Assembly: GCA_045124575.1 (NCBI GenBank)
Contig: JBGVMD010000011.1
Location: 25-64,024, forward strand
Direction of reading: 5' to 3'
DNA length: 64,000 nucleotides
Origin: Faecousia sp.
Lineage (GTDB): Bacteria; Bacillota; Clostridia; Oscillospirales; Oscillospiraceae
A program made the translations under genes and the position numbers. Shown in pieces: positions 50,301 to 58,927 of this stretch. Within the stretch, counting starts at the first letter, position 1; each line of letters starts with the position of its first letter. Below the pieces are notes generated by a model. That model saw nothing but the letters and a program-made list of their open reading frames with translations. It was not told where the DNA came from and did not search any database.

Positions 50301-50312
50301 CCTGCGTTTTTC

Positions 50313-51020
50313 TTATGTATAGTTGGGAGAGCAAATGTAGCGGATAAAGGTGTCGCTGATGTCATAGGACTTTAGACAAACCAATCCGCCGTTGGTGCTG
50401 TGGGCGGTGTCGTTGGTGTTGCCCTCCACAGCGTAGAGTACGCCATCCTCATATCGTACCACAATGCCGACATGGTTGACCTTGTCAGTATTACGGTTAG
50501 ACTTGAAGTAGATAATGTCACCGGGCTGGGGAAGATATTCTCCGTCCGCTACCTGCTGACGGGTATAAGCCAGATCCTGTTCCATAAACCAGTTGACGCC
50601 GAATACGGTATAGGCGTGATAATACATCACATCGGAGGGAATGCCCGCTTGCTGAGCACACCAGGAAACAAACATAGCACACCAGGCAGCCTTTTCAAAA
50701 CCGCCGGGTTTCTCCTGTAAATTGTTGTACCACAGGCCGTATTCCGTATAATTTTCCGTGCCGGGCGTGCAGCCAGAGATCTCCTCCGGGCTGTCTCCCT
50801 CGCAGTAGCCGATCTGACTCATGGCCACATTCACGATGTCCAGCCGAGGATCACCGCTGAGGTCGATATTATTCAGCCGCCGGCAGAAAATGCCGGAAGC
50901 ATAGCTTTCGCTGTGCACCGGCTCGGAAGACCGAATGGGGAAGACCGTCAGTAACACTGCTGCAACGGTTAAAAGGCCTGCCGTGACGAGCCGCAATATT
51001 CGGTTACGAAAAGAGATCAT
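50313..51020 (-). CDS. Secreted CHAP-domain (NlpC/P60 superfamily) cell-wall amidase/peptidase
   Basis: N-terminal signal/TM segment; A.SQIGY, WCAMFVSWC, PGDII, HVGIV and VEGN motifs. Confidence 0.85.
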   Translation of the reverse strand: MISFRNRILRLVTAGLLTVAAVLLTVFPIRSSEPVHSESYASGIFCRRLNNIDLSGDPRLDIVNVAMSQIGYCEGDSPEEISGCTPGTENYTEYGLWYNNLQEKPGGFEKAAWCAMFVSWCAQQAGIPSDVMYYHAYTVFGVNWFMEQDLAYTRQQVADGEYLPQPGDIIYFKSNRNTDKVNHVGIVVRYEDGVLYAVEGNTNDTAHSTNGGLVCLKSYDISDTFIRYICSPNYT

Positions 51021-51136
51021 GGCAATCGCCTCATCCTTCCAGAATTGGCTATATTATACCGAAGATAGCACATTCTGTCAATCCCTGCCGAAATAGACGG
51101 GTGTGGTAAATCCTACCACAAAAAAGGAAAAAAGCC

Positions 51137-51165
51137 TTGACAAAAAGCCTCGTAAAGCATATAAT
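51137..51165 (+). promoter_or_regulatory. Consensus sigma-A promoter of tRNA-Leu
   Basis: TTGACA-17-TATAAT, 12 nt upstream of the tRNA. Confidence 0.88.
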
Positions 51166-51177
51166 ACTATGGCACTT

Positions 51178-51260
51178 GCGAGAGTGTTGGAATGGTAGAC
51201 AAGCACGTTTGAGGTGCGTGTGGTTACGCCGTGTGGGTTCGAGTCCCATCTCTCGCACCA
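51178..51260 (+). tRNA. tRNA-Leu (anticodon GAG)
   Basis: GCGAGAG/CTCTCGC acceptor stem, TTGAGGT anticodon loop, long variable arm, GGTTCGAGTCC, encoded CCA. Confidence 0.96.
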
Positions 51261-51270
51261 AAAAATCCAG

Positions 51271-51480
51271 ATGCCCAATCGGGCATCTGGATTTTTTAAT
51301 GCTTGATGGGACTCGAAAGGCGGAATAGAAAACAGTCCGGTGGACTGTTTTCCCGCCGTGGGAGAGTCCATGTATTTCTGGATGCGGGTAATAGCCCGTG
51401 GACAGAAATACATCATTGATTGTTAATGGTATGCCCAATCGGGCATCTGGATTTTTTAATGCTTGATGGGACTCGAAAGG
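51271..51480. repeat. 50-bp exact direct repeat (period 160 bp) enclosing hairpins
   Basis: ATGCCCAATCGGGCATCTGGATTTTTTAATGCTTGATGGGACTCGAAAGG at 51271-51320 and 51431-51480. Confidence 0.9.
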
Positions 51481-51607
51481 TGGCTAAGTGCCTGCACGGT
51501 CCGCAACCACCGCTTTACATTCTTCCTGTAAAAAGCACCCCACGCTTGATAGACATTCTGTTTTTTCTGTGCTATGATAGCCCCATCCATAGAAAGGCGG
51601 AAGCATT

Positions 51608-52357
51608 ATGAACCTACATATCAATTTGCCCATTCTCCGCAAGCATGCTGGTAATATGACCCAGGAAAAACTGGCGGAGCGCCTGGGCGTATCCCGCCAG
51701 ACGGTGTCCAAATGGGAGGCAGGGGAGACAGCTCCGGAACTGGATAAACTGATGGAACTGAGCAAGCTCTTTTCCTGTACGCTGGATGCCCTGCTGAAGG
51801 AGGATATGTCCGCTCGGGAAGACCACTTTTCCCAGGTGTCCGTGGTGACTGTCCCTGCTTTTACGCTGGGCCGATACATCATCATCAGCCCTCAGCCAGA
51901 AGATGATGTACAAGCCTACCTGGACCGTTGGGCACAACGCAGCGGCCTGTATGCCTGTTGCCCACAGCCGCGGCAGATCGGCTGGGATTTTCCCTTCGTC
52001 TCCCGGGAACAGCAGAATCGCTTTGGTCTGCGGGGCTATGTTGCTGGCTGGGTCTTGCCGGCGGGCTTCGAACCGGGATATCCTGGCGTAGAAATATATA
52101 AGCAGGGCGAAGCACAATACGCCAGAATCACCGTTCACGACCCCTTCCGTGCTGCTTTTGACCGAATTCCCAAGGGCTACCAGCGAATCCTGGATTACTT
52201 GGGTGCCAATGGTTTTAAAGAAAATCACGGTATTGACTTCCTTGGCTGCTTTGAAGAGGTTTACGAAAAAAACGGCCAGACCTATATGGACATCTATATC
52301 CATGCCGACTGTGTTGCCAAGGGCAACCTCCATACCGATTTCAGCCGGGGTGTATGA
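51608..52357 (+). CDS. XRE-family HTH regulator with GyrI-like effector-binding domain
   Basis: [21 protein letters not shown]...P HTH; C-terminal F..IP.GY..I..Y and CFE.VY. Confidence 0.8.
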   Translation: MNLHINLPILRKHAGNMTQEKLAERLGVSRQTVSKWEAGETAPELDKLMELSKLFSCTLDALLKEDMSAREDHFSQVSVVTVPAFTLGRYIIISPQPEDDVQAYLDRWAQRSGLYACCPQPRQIGWDFPFVSREQQNRFGLRGYVAGWVLPAGFEPGYPGVEIYKQGEAQYARITVHDPFRAAFDRIPKGYQRILDYLGANGFKENHGIDFLGCFEEVYEKNGQTYMDIYIHADCVAKGNLHTDFSRGV

Positions 52358-52429
52358 ACCAAAGGGCATATGCTTCTCCTGGCTATCTATGTTCAAAAAA
52401 GAGGACGCTTCGTAGCGTCCTCTTATTGA

Positions 52430-53797
52430 TTATTCACCTGTAATACTTCTTGCTACATGTACACCGCTGGCAGAAGCGTGGGAGAGGGAATGGGTAATAC
52501 CGCTGCCGTCGCCGATGATGTACAGACCCTTGTAGCAACTTTCCAACTTCTCATTCACTTCCACTTCCATATTGTAGAATTTTACTTCTACACCATAGAG
52601 CAGGGTGTCGTCGTTGGCCGTGCCCGGGGCAACCTTATCCAGTGCATAGATCATTTCGATGATACCATCCAAAATTCGCTTGGGCAGTACCAAACTCAGA
52701 TCGCCGGGAGTTGCGTTCAAGGTGGGGGTGATGAAGGCGTCCTGCATCCGGCTAGGGGTGGAGCGGCGTCCGCGGATCAGATCGCCAAAGCGCTGCACCA
52801 TCACGCCGCCGCCCAGCATATTACTCAGACGGGCAATGGACTCACCATAGCCGTTGGAGTCCTTGAACGGCTCGGAGAAATGCTTTGCCACCAGCAGGGC
52901 AAAGTTGGTGTTCTCTGTCTGCCGGGCGGGGTCTTCGTAGCTATGTCCATTGACCGTGATGATGCCGTTGGTATTTTCCGTTACCACAGCACCCTTGGGA
53001 TTCATACAGAAGGTACGAACCTTATCGCCGTATTGCTTGGTGCGGTAGACGATTTTGCTTTCGTATAGTTCATCCGTCAGATGGGCAAAGACGGTGGCCG
53101 GCAGTTCCACACGCACGCCAATATCCACACGATTGCTCTTGGTGGGGATGCGCAGCTCCTTACAAACCCGCTCCATCCACTTACTGCCGATACGACCGGC
53201 AGAAATGATGCACTCGGCGCAGGTATAGACGGCATCCTTGCAACGAACCTCATAGCCGCCATCCAGTTTGCCCACAGTTTCTACCGGGGTGTCAAAGAAG
53301 AAATCTACCTTCTCCTTCAAATCGTTATACAGATTCTCAAGCACAATGTAATTCACATCTGTGCCCAAATGCCGCACCGATGCATCCAACAGATGCAGAT
53401 CGTTCTGGATGCACAGGGTCTTGAACCGAGTGCCGGCAGTGGAGTAAAGCTTTGTGCCCTCACCGCCGTATTTCAGGTTGATTTCGTCCACATAGTGCAT
53501 CAGCTCCAACGCCTTGGCTTTGCCGATGTATTCATACAGCGTGCCGCCAAAATCGTTGGTGATGTTGTATTTTCCATCAGAAAAAGCGCCTGCTCCGCCG
53601 AAACCGCTCATAATGGAGCAGCTCTTGCAACCAATACAGCTTTTGATCTTATCTCCGTCAATGGGGCAGTGCCGCTTGTGCAGTGCATGGCCGGCTTCGA
53701 ATACCGCTACCTTTTTCTCCGGTGCGGTCTTTGCCAATTCGTAGGCAGCGAAGATGCCGCCGGGGCCGGCGCCGATAATAATCACATCATAATTCAT
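52430..53797 (-). CDS. FAD-dependent oxidoreductase (uncharacterised family, with Cys cluster)
   Basis: GAGPGG Rossmann motif; CP......C..C..C, GGAGAFSDGK, RTFCMNP.G and GDGSG motifs. Confidence 0.85.
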   Translation of the reverse strand: MNYDVIIIGAGPGGIFAAYELAKTAPEKKVAVFEAGHALHKRHCPIDGDKIKSCIGCKSCSIMSGFGGAGAFSDGKYNITNDFGGTLYEYIGKAKALELMHYVDEINLKYGGEGTKLYSTAGTRFKTLCIQNDLHLLDASVRHLGTDVNYIVLENLYNDLKEKVDFFFDTPVETVGKLDGGYEVRCKDAVYTCAECIISAGRIGSKWMERVCKELRIPTKSNRVDIGVRVELPATVFAHLTDELYESKIVYRTKQYGDKVRTFCMNPKGAVVTENTNGIITVNGHSYEDPARQTENTNFALLVAKHFSEPFKDSNGYGESIARLSNMLGGGVMVQRFGDLIRGRRSTPSRMQDAFITPTLNATPGDLSLVLPKRILDGIIEMIYALDKVAPGTANDDTLLYGVEVKFYNMEVEVNEKLESCYKGLYIIGDGSGITHSLSHASASGVHVARSITGE

Positions 53798-53943
53798 GTC
53801 ATTTCCTCCAGGGGATTATTCTATAAAAGATTATAACATATTCCAATTCAAATGTAAATTACTCACCAGAAATTCTATTGACTTGTTTTTGAAATAACCC
53901 TATGCTATAATGTTTTCAGATATAAATTTGGGGAGGTAACTCT

Positions 53944-55095
53944 ATGCTTTTCATCAAAAACGGACATATCAAACCCATGGTCGGCGTCGACCTGCCCTGC
54001 GGTGATCTGCTGATCGGCGACGATGGAAAAATTCTTGAGATTGGCGTTTCTTTGAACGCCCCGGAAAACTGTCCGACCATTGATGCACAGGGCCGTCTTG
54101 TGACCCCTGGCTGCATTGATGCCCATTGCCATATCGGCCTGGACAACGAAGCTGTGGGCTGGGAGGGCATGGACTACAACGAAATCGTCGACCCCATTAC
54201 GCCTCAGATGCGTGCCATCGACTCCATCTATCCTCAGGACGAAGCCTTCGCACTGGCCGTTCAGGGCGGTGTCACCACTGCCTGCACCGGTCCTGGCAGT
54301 GCCAATGTGGTGGGCGGTACATTTGCTGTCATTAAGCTCCATGGCAATCGGGTAGATAATATGATCCTCAAGGATGCAGTGGCCATGAAGTGTGCCTTTG
54401 GCGAGAACCCTAAGCGCTGCTACGGTCAGGGCGGCAAGAAAGCGCCTATGACCCGTATGGGCGTAGCCGCACTGCTGCGGGAATTGCTGTTTAAGACTCG
54501 CCGCTATATGGAGGACAAGGCCGCCGGAAAGAATCCTGGCTTTGATATGAAGCTGGAAGCCATGATTCCTGTGTTGGAAGGCAAACTGCCCTTGAAAGCC
54601 CATGCCCACCGTGCCGATGATATTCTGACATCCATTCGCATTGCAAAAGAGTTCGGCGTGAAGCTGACCCTGGATCACTGCACCGATGGCGCAGTCATCG
54701 CCGATGAACTGGCAAAAGAAGGCTATCCCGCCTTTGTTGGCCCGTCCCTGGGCTCCAAGACCAAGGTGGAGCTGACCAACAAGAGCTTTACTACCCCGCA
54801 GGCGCTTCATGCGGCCGGTGTGGCAGTGAGCATCATCACGGATGCTCCTGTGATTCCTTTGCAGTATCTGCCCATGTGTGCCGGCCTGGCTGCGGACGCC
54901 GGTTTGGATCGGGAGGAAGCTTGGAAGGCCATCACCATCAATCCCGCTACCGCCCTGGGCATTGCCGACAGGGTGGGCTCTTTGGAAGTAGGCAAGGATG
55001 CGGACATCGTTATTTGGTCTGCAGATCCCATCACCACGCTGGCAGCCGCTGCCTGTGTCACCATCATTGATGGTAAGGTGGTTTATCAGAAATAA
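53944..55095 (+). CDS. Metal-dependent amidohydrolase
   Basis: PG.IDAHCH, K.AFGENPK, H.HR, TDAP, INPA and GSLE.GKDAD motifs. Confidence 0.9.
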   Translation: MLFIKNGHIKPMVGVDLPCGDLLIGDDGKILEIGVSLNAPENCPTIDAQGRLVTPGCIDAHCHIGLDNEAVGWEGMDYNEIVDPITPQMRAIDSIYPQDEAFALAVQGGVTTACTGPGSANVVGGTFAVIKLHGNRVDNMILKDAVAMKCAFGENPKRCYGQGGKKAPMTRMGVAALLRELLFKTRRYMEDKAAGKNPGFDMKLEAMIPVLEGKLPLKAHAHRADDILTSIRIAKEFGVKLTLDHCTDGAVIADELAKEGYPAFVGPSLGSKTKVELTNKSFTTPQALHAAGVAVSIITDAPVIPLQYLPMCAGLAADAGLDREEAWKAITINPATALGIADRVGSLEVGKDADIVIWSADPITTLAAAACVTIIDGKVVYQK

Positions 55096-55113
55096 TTCCC
55101 GGAGGAAAAACCT

Positions 55114-55842
55114 ATGGTTCGATTCTTTGTTTCGCTCGCAGAAATGTCGGGGGAGCGTATCACCCTCACCGGCGAAAATGCCCAGCATGCTAAGGTTCTG
55201 CGGCTGAAAGCAGGGGAGCAGGTGTTGCTGTGTGACGGTGAGGGCTGTGAAGCGCTATGTGTCGTCGAGGAAATGGACGGCAAAACACTGACCGTTTCCG
55301 TACTTTCCCGCCGGGAAAGTACCACAGAGCCTGCCGTCCGGGTCAGCGTGTACATGGCTTTTCCCAAGGCCGATAAGTTGGAGCACGTGATCCAGAAAGC
55401 CACCGAGCTGGGCGCTTTTGAAATTGTTGCGTTTCCTTCCGCCCGTTGTATCTCCAAGCCGGATGATAAGAGTTTGGCTAAAAAGTTGGAGCGTTGGCAA
55501 AAAATCGCCGCTTCCGCCGCAGAGCAGTCCGGTCGGGGACGAATTCCCCAAGTGCTGACACTGCCCAGCTATAAAGCCGCGTTGGAACGGGCCGCTCAAT
55601 GCGATAAGTCGCTGCTATTCTATGAAAATGAACGCGCCACCACACTACGCATGGCGCTGGCAGGGAAGTACCGTTCCGTGAGCCTCCTAACAGGCCCGGA
55701 GGGCGGCTTGGAGGAGTCTGAGGTCAAGCAAGCCATGGACGCAGGCCTTTCCGTTTGCACCCTGGGCAGCCGCATCCTGCGGTGCGAAACCGCACCTCTG
55801 TGCGCCCTTTCTGCTGTAATGTACGATGCCGGAGAATTCTAA
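55114..55842 (+). CDS. rsmE: 16S rRNA m3U1498 methyltransferase
   Basis: H..VLR, QKATELG, AAEQS.R, GPEGG and LG.RILR.ETA motifs. Confidence 0.96.
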   Translation: MVRFFVSLAEMSGERITLTGENAQHAKVLRLKAGEQVLLCDGEGCEALCVVEEMDGKTLTVSVLSRRESTTEPAVRVSVYMAFPKADKLEHVIQKATELGAFEIVAFPSARCISKPDDKSLAKKLERWQKIAASAAEQSGRGRIPQVLTLPSYKAALERAAQCDKSLLFYENERATTLRMALAGKYRSVSLLTGPEGGLEESEVKQAMDAGLSVCTLGSRILRCETAPLCALSAVMYDAGEF

Positions 55843-55843
55843 A

Positions 55844-55880
55844 TAGAAACAGCCAGCCCAAACAGGGCTGGCTGTTTCTA
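55844..55880. terminator. Bidirectional terminator
   Basis: TAGAAACAGCCAGCCC-aaaca-GGGCTGGCTGTTTCTA. Confidence 0.8.
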
Positions 55881-56663
55881 TCAGTTATAGCTGGCGGGGT
55901 AGTGGATCGAAACCTCGCAGCCTAATCCATTCACCTCGATTTGAGAGTACTGGTCGCCGGAAATATAGGCACCATCTTCACGCACCATAGAAATGTCGGT
56001 GTTTACCTCGCAGCCCAGCCCATCGGTTTCCAAACGGAAGCCACATTCTGCCGGCAGGATGAGGTCTAGCACACAACCGGCGCCATCCAATTCGATGCTT
56101 TTGGGCCGGTCGGTGCAGTTGAGGGTAATTTCGCAGCCAGCACCGTCGATGCTCAGATCTTGGATACTGCTGTTGACATTCATTACCACACCAGCGCCAT
56201 CCACCGACAGATCCCGGATATTCAGTCCGTTGATGGTGATCTCCAGTCCTGCACCGTCGATCTCCGTTTCCCGGCATTCCCAATCCAGGGGCACAATCAC
56301 CACCAGGTTCTTTTTCTGAGGTCGGTTAAAGGGGCCGAATATTCTCTGGTTGCTGTGATCAATCTCCAGGGTGCTATTGTCACAGCGGTAGGTCATAGGC
56401 TTCTTGATGGCGTTGTCGGCGGTCTCCCGGAGGATGATCCGATCCACGGCCTCGGCTTTGATTACCACATTGCCGCTGAGCCAGTTGATCTGCAGATTAT
56501 CCACCTGCTCGGCATTGACTTCAGCTTCGGCGTTGACCACATTGACGGTGCCGCTGCTGATGTTGTTGAAAAAATTTGTCATTAGCCCGGTCACCAGCAT
56601 GCCGGTCAGTACCAGTGCCAGCAGGGAATATACGATAATTCTAACGATGGCGTTTCGTTTCAT
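55881..56663 (-). CDS. Membrane-anchored beta-strand-repeat protein (DUF4097/adhesin-like)
   Basis: N-terminal TM helix; tandem (I/V/L)DGAG/GLG beta repeats. Confidence 0.72.
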   Translation of the reverse strand: MKRNAIVRIIVYSLLALVLTGMLVTGLMTNFFNNISSGTVNVVNAEAEVNAEQVDNLQINWLSGNVVIKAEAVDRIILRETADNAIKKPMTYRCDNSTLEIDHSNQRIFGPFNRPQKKNLVVIVPLDWECRETEIDGAGLEITINGLNIRDLSVDGAGVVMNVNSSIQDLSIDGAGCEITLNCTDRPKSIELDGAGCVLDLILPAECGFRLETDGLGCEVNTDISMVREDGAYISGDQYSQIEVNGLGCEVSIHYPASYN

Positions 56664-57280
56664 CCTTCACGACCTCCTTTTAAGTCGCCATACGCCCGGA
56701 TGATACCCTTCACTGCTGCCATAATGGGCCAAATCAGCCAGGTGATATGCCAGGCGCCGGTGAAAAAGCTCAGCGCCAGAAACAGTACAAGAGCCACGGT
56801 GTTGAGTGTTTTATCCAGCGGAGTTTGCTTGGACTTCTGCTGGTCTTCCTGCTCCTTTTCTTCTTTGTCGCTAGATGCCATCACCATTAGGACCGTGGCT
56901 GCTGCAATCAGCAGGAACATTAGACATAGGCCGATGATGCCGTTACCTATATTACCCAGAATGAATAAGGGTAGCACACAGCAGATATACATACCAATGG
57001 CCACTGCTCGCATTAGCTTCTTTTTATCAGACTTTTCTTCCTCTGCTGCAGATGTTGCCGTGGGCATAGGAGCAGGGGAGGGTGCGGTACTGCCCAGCAC
57101 CTCATTAATGTCGCCAATGCCTGTAATTGCCAGCCGATAGGCGGCTTCCGGTGCTTTTCCCTGTGCCAGCAGATCGTCATAGCGGTCCAGCGTATTTTGT
57201 AGAATTTCCTGTTTCATATCTCCGTTTTCCGGGCAACCGGCAAACAGCAGATTCACATATTGAATGAGTTGTTCTCGCAT
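56660..57280 (-). CDS. PadR-associated membrane protein with N-terminal permease-prefix/HAAS-like helical domain
   Basis: K.EI..N..DRY.DL...G...EAAY..AI..IGDI motif followed by four TM helices. Confidence 0.72.
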   Translation of the reverse strand: MREQLIQYVNLLFAGCPENGDMKQEILQNTLDRYDDLLAQGKAPEAAYRLAITGIGDINEVLGSTAPSPAPMPTATSAAEEEKSDKKKLMRAVAIGMYICCVLPLFILGNIGNGIIGLCLMFLLIAAATVLMVMASSDKEEKEQEDQQKSKQTPLDKTLNTVALVLFLALSFFTGAWHITWLIWPIMAAVKGIIRAYGDLKGGREG

Positions 57281-57615
57281 AAGGCTTCCTCCGTTCTGAG
57301 TAATTTATCCATAATCTCTTTGGTTTCCTGCCATTCATTCAGCAAACGGCGGCAGGCATAGCGTCCCTCCGGGGTAATGGTGTAGTAGCGTCGCCGGGCG
57401 CCTGCACCGGAATCGCCCCAGTAAGAAGCAATGTAACCCTGCTCCTCCAGCCGCTTAAAGGCGGTGTAGAGAGTGGCTTCTTTTAGTTCGAATTGACCGT
57501 TGGATAAGGTAAAAATGGTTTTATTGATCTCATATCCGTAGCTGTCGGACTGCAGTAAGCGAGCTAGAATAACCGCGTCTGTATGGCCACGGATCAGATC
57601 TCCTGCGATGGACAT
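57253..57615 (-). CDS. PadR-family transcriptional regulator
   Basis: SYGYEI, TLY...KRLE..G and RRRYY.IT.EG motifs. Confidence 0.95.
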   Translation of the reverse strand: MSIAGDLIRGHTDAVILARLLQSDSYGYEINKTIFTLSNGQFELKEATLYTAFKRLEEQGYIASYWGDSGAGARRRYYTITPEGRYACRRLLNEWQETKEIMDKLLRTEEALCENNSFNM

Positions 57616-57640
57616 GGAATCACATCCTTTCTTTGGTTAT

Positions 57641-57676
57641 ATTATAACACAAAGTACCTCGCCTGTCAAGGTACTT
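57641..57676 (-). promoter_or_regulatory. Consensus sigma-A promoter of the padR operon with overlapping inverted-repeat operator
   Basis: Minus strand TTGACA(57664-57669)-17-TATAAT(57641-57646); AAGTACCT-N9-AGGTACTT at 57652-57676. Confidence 0.8.
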
Positions 57677-57688
57677 CGCAAAAAAGAA

Positions 57689-57726
57689 GTCATTGCGAAC
57701 CAAAGTGGGTACGGATTCGCAATGAC
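57689..57726 (-). terminator. Hairpin after rlmH (probable terminator, palindromic-element-like)
   Basis: GTCATTGCGAA...TTCGCAATGAC 11-bp inverted repeat, followed on the minus strand by TTCTTTTTT. Confidence 0.6.
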
Positions 57727-57731
57727 AAGTG

Positions 57732-58214
57732 TTATTTATGATATTTGCTTCCGGCCTGAATGGCCTCTGCCCGATAGATCTGCTCCAAAATCATAATCCG
57801 AGCCAAATGATGGGGGAAGGTCATCGGACCCATGGACAGCTTAAAATCTGCGGCAGCCTTGACCTTGGAACTGATGCCAAAGGAAGATCCAATCAGAAAG
57901 CACATACTACTTTTACCGCTAAGTTTTACTTGTGCGATTTTTTCGGCAAAGGCCTCACTGCTCAGTTCCTTGCCCTCTGGCGTGAAGATGCACAGATAAG
58001 CACCCTTCGGAATCTTGGCGAAAATGGTTTCCGCTTCCTTATCCAATCCTGCCGTGATTTCAGCAGGGGAGGGATTCTCCGGTAGTCGCACCTCTGGCAA
58101 CTCCAAGAGGTTAAACTTGCAGTAAGCGCCCAATCGCTTTTTATATTCCTCGGATGCGGAAATATAGAATTTTTCCTTCAGCTTGCCCATGGCAAGCAAT
58201 GTGATTTCAAACAT
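57732..58214 (-). CDS. rlmH: 23S rRNA m3Psi1915 methyltransferase
   Basis: GKLKE, EY.KRL, F.IG...G, MTFPH, LEQIYRA and YHK end. Confidence 0.96.
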   Translation of the reverse strand: MFEITLLAMGKLKEKFYISASEEYKKRLGAYCKFNLLELPEVRLPENPSPAEITAGLDKEAETIFAKIPKGAYLCIFTPEGKELSSEAFAEKIAQVKLSGKSSMCFLIGSSFGISSKVKAAADFKLSMGPMTFPHHLARIMILEQIYRAEAIQAGSKYHK

Positions 58215-58269
58215 ATGGCGCTCCTTTGGTGTCATCAAAATCTGACTATTCGACAAATTAAAATTGGTG

Positions 58270-58737
58270 CTATAAATCAATGTTGTTATTTCTACAGTAA
58301 TGTAAATATGCTTCTCTTCCTAAATGAGAAGCCACATCACCGCATAGGTGAAATCTATCGTCCATTGGTTCCCAAGAAAGCGGAGGAATACCACCAATTA
58401 ATGTTGTATCAATATTCCCGATTACTGCAAGATTGGCTTTATTTCGGTTGGTATATATATCTATACATATCTTATTTCGCAAAAAAATACGTCTCCCATT
58501 GTTGATAAAATAATGTGTGAAGACTAAAGGTTTTAAATCCTGTATGTTTATATCATCCATGGAAACTGGTTTCGTAAATAATAGCGGTGTTATGAGAATA
58601 TGATTCATAGGGTAGGAAAATTTTCCTGGCGACAATTCAAGTGGTAGTGCATCGTCTAAAACTATAGCAACTCCATAATATCCTTTTTCTGGTGTTGTCA
58701 TTATTATATTGCCTTTAGTAAATAACTTTGTAGCCAT
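58270..58737 (-). CDS. AT-rich hypothetical protein (possible immunity-type protein)
   Basis: 155-aa ORF with GGTGA RBS inside a visibly AT-rich patch (about 58230-58890). Confidence 0.6.
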   Translation of the reverse strand: MATKLFTKGNIIMTTPEKGYYGVAIVLDDALPLELSPGKFSYPMNHILITPLLFTKPVSMDDINIQDLKPLVFTHYFINNGRRIFLRNKICIDIYTNRNKANLAVIGNIDTTLIGGIPPLSWEPMDDRFHLCGDVASHLGREAYLHYCRNNNIDL

Positions 58738-58927
58738 CTAAGTCACCATCATATTTAAGTTGGTCTAACTGAATAATACTTTTACTTTGTGGGTAAATTA
58801 ATCCTAAAATTTTAGAAGGAAATAGATAATATTACAATCTCATCATATCATATCTTCCGGAAAAAGGAAAGTTCTATTTGTTAAATCAAAAGCAGCACAC
58901 CGATCACGGTGTGCTGCTGCTATGAAA

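Noticed and set aside
51271-51480. Possible CRISPR mini-array
   Set aside because: Only two 50-bp copies with a 110-bp structured spacer; derived from the tRNA terminator region; no cas genes.
50313-52357. CHAP hydrolase + tRNA + XRE regulator as a prophage remnant
   Set aside because: No integrase, holin or structural genes; the CHAP protein has a signal peptide and the XRE carries a GyrI-like domain typical of chromosomal regulators.
57689-57760. rlmH 3' end as an occupied integration site (orfX/SCC-like)
   Set aside because: I found no recombinase and no duplicated rlmH 3' end downstream. The padR operon has host-like composition, and the AT-rich gene is on the 5' side of rlmH.
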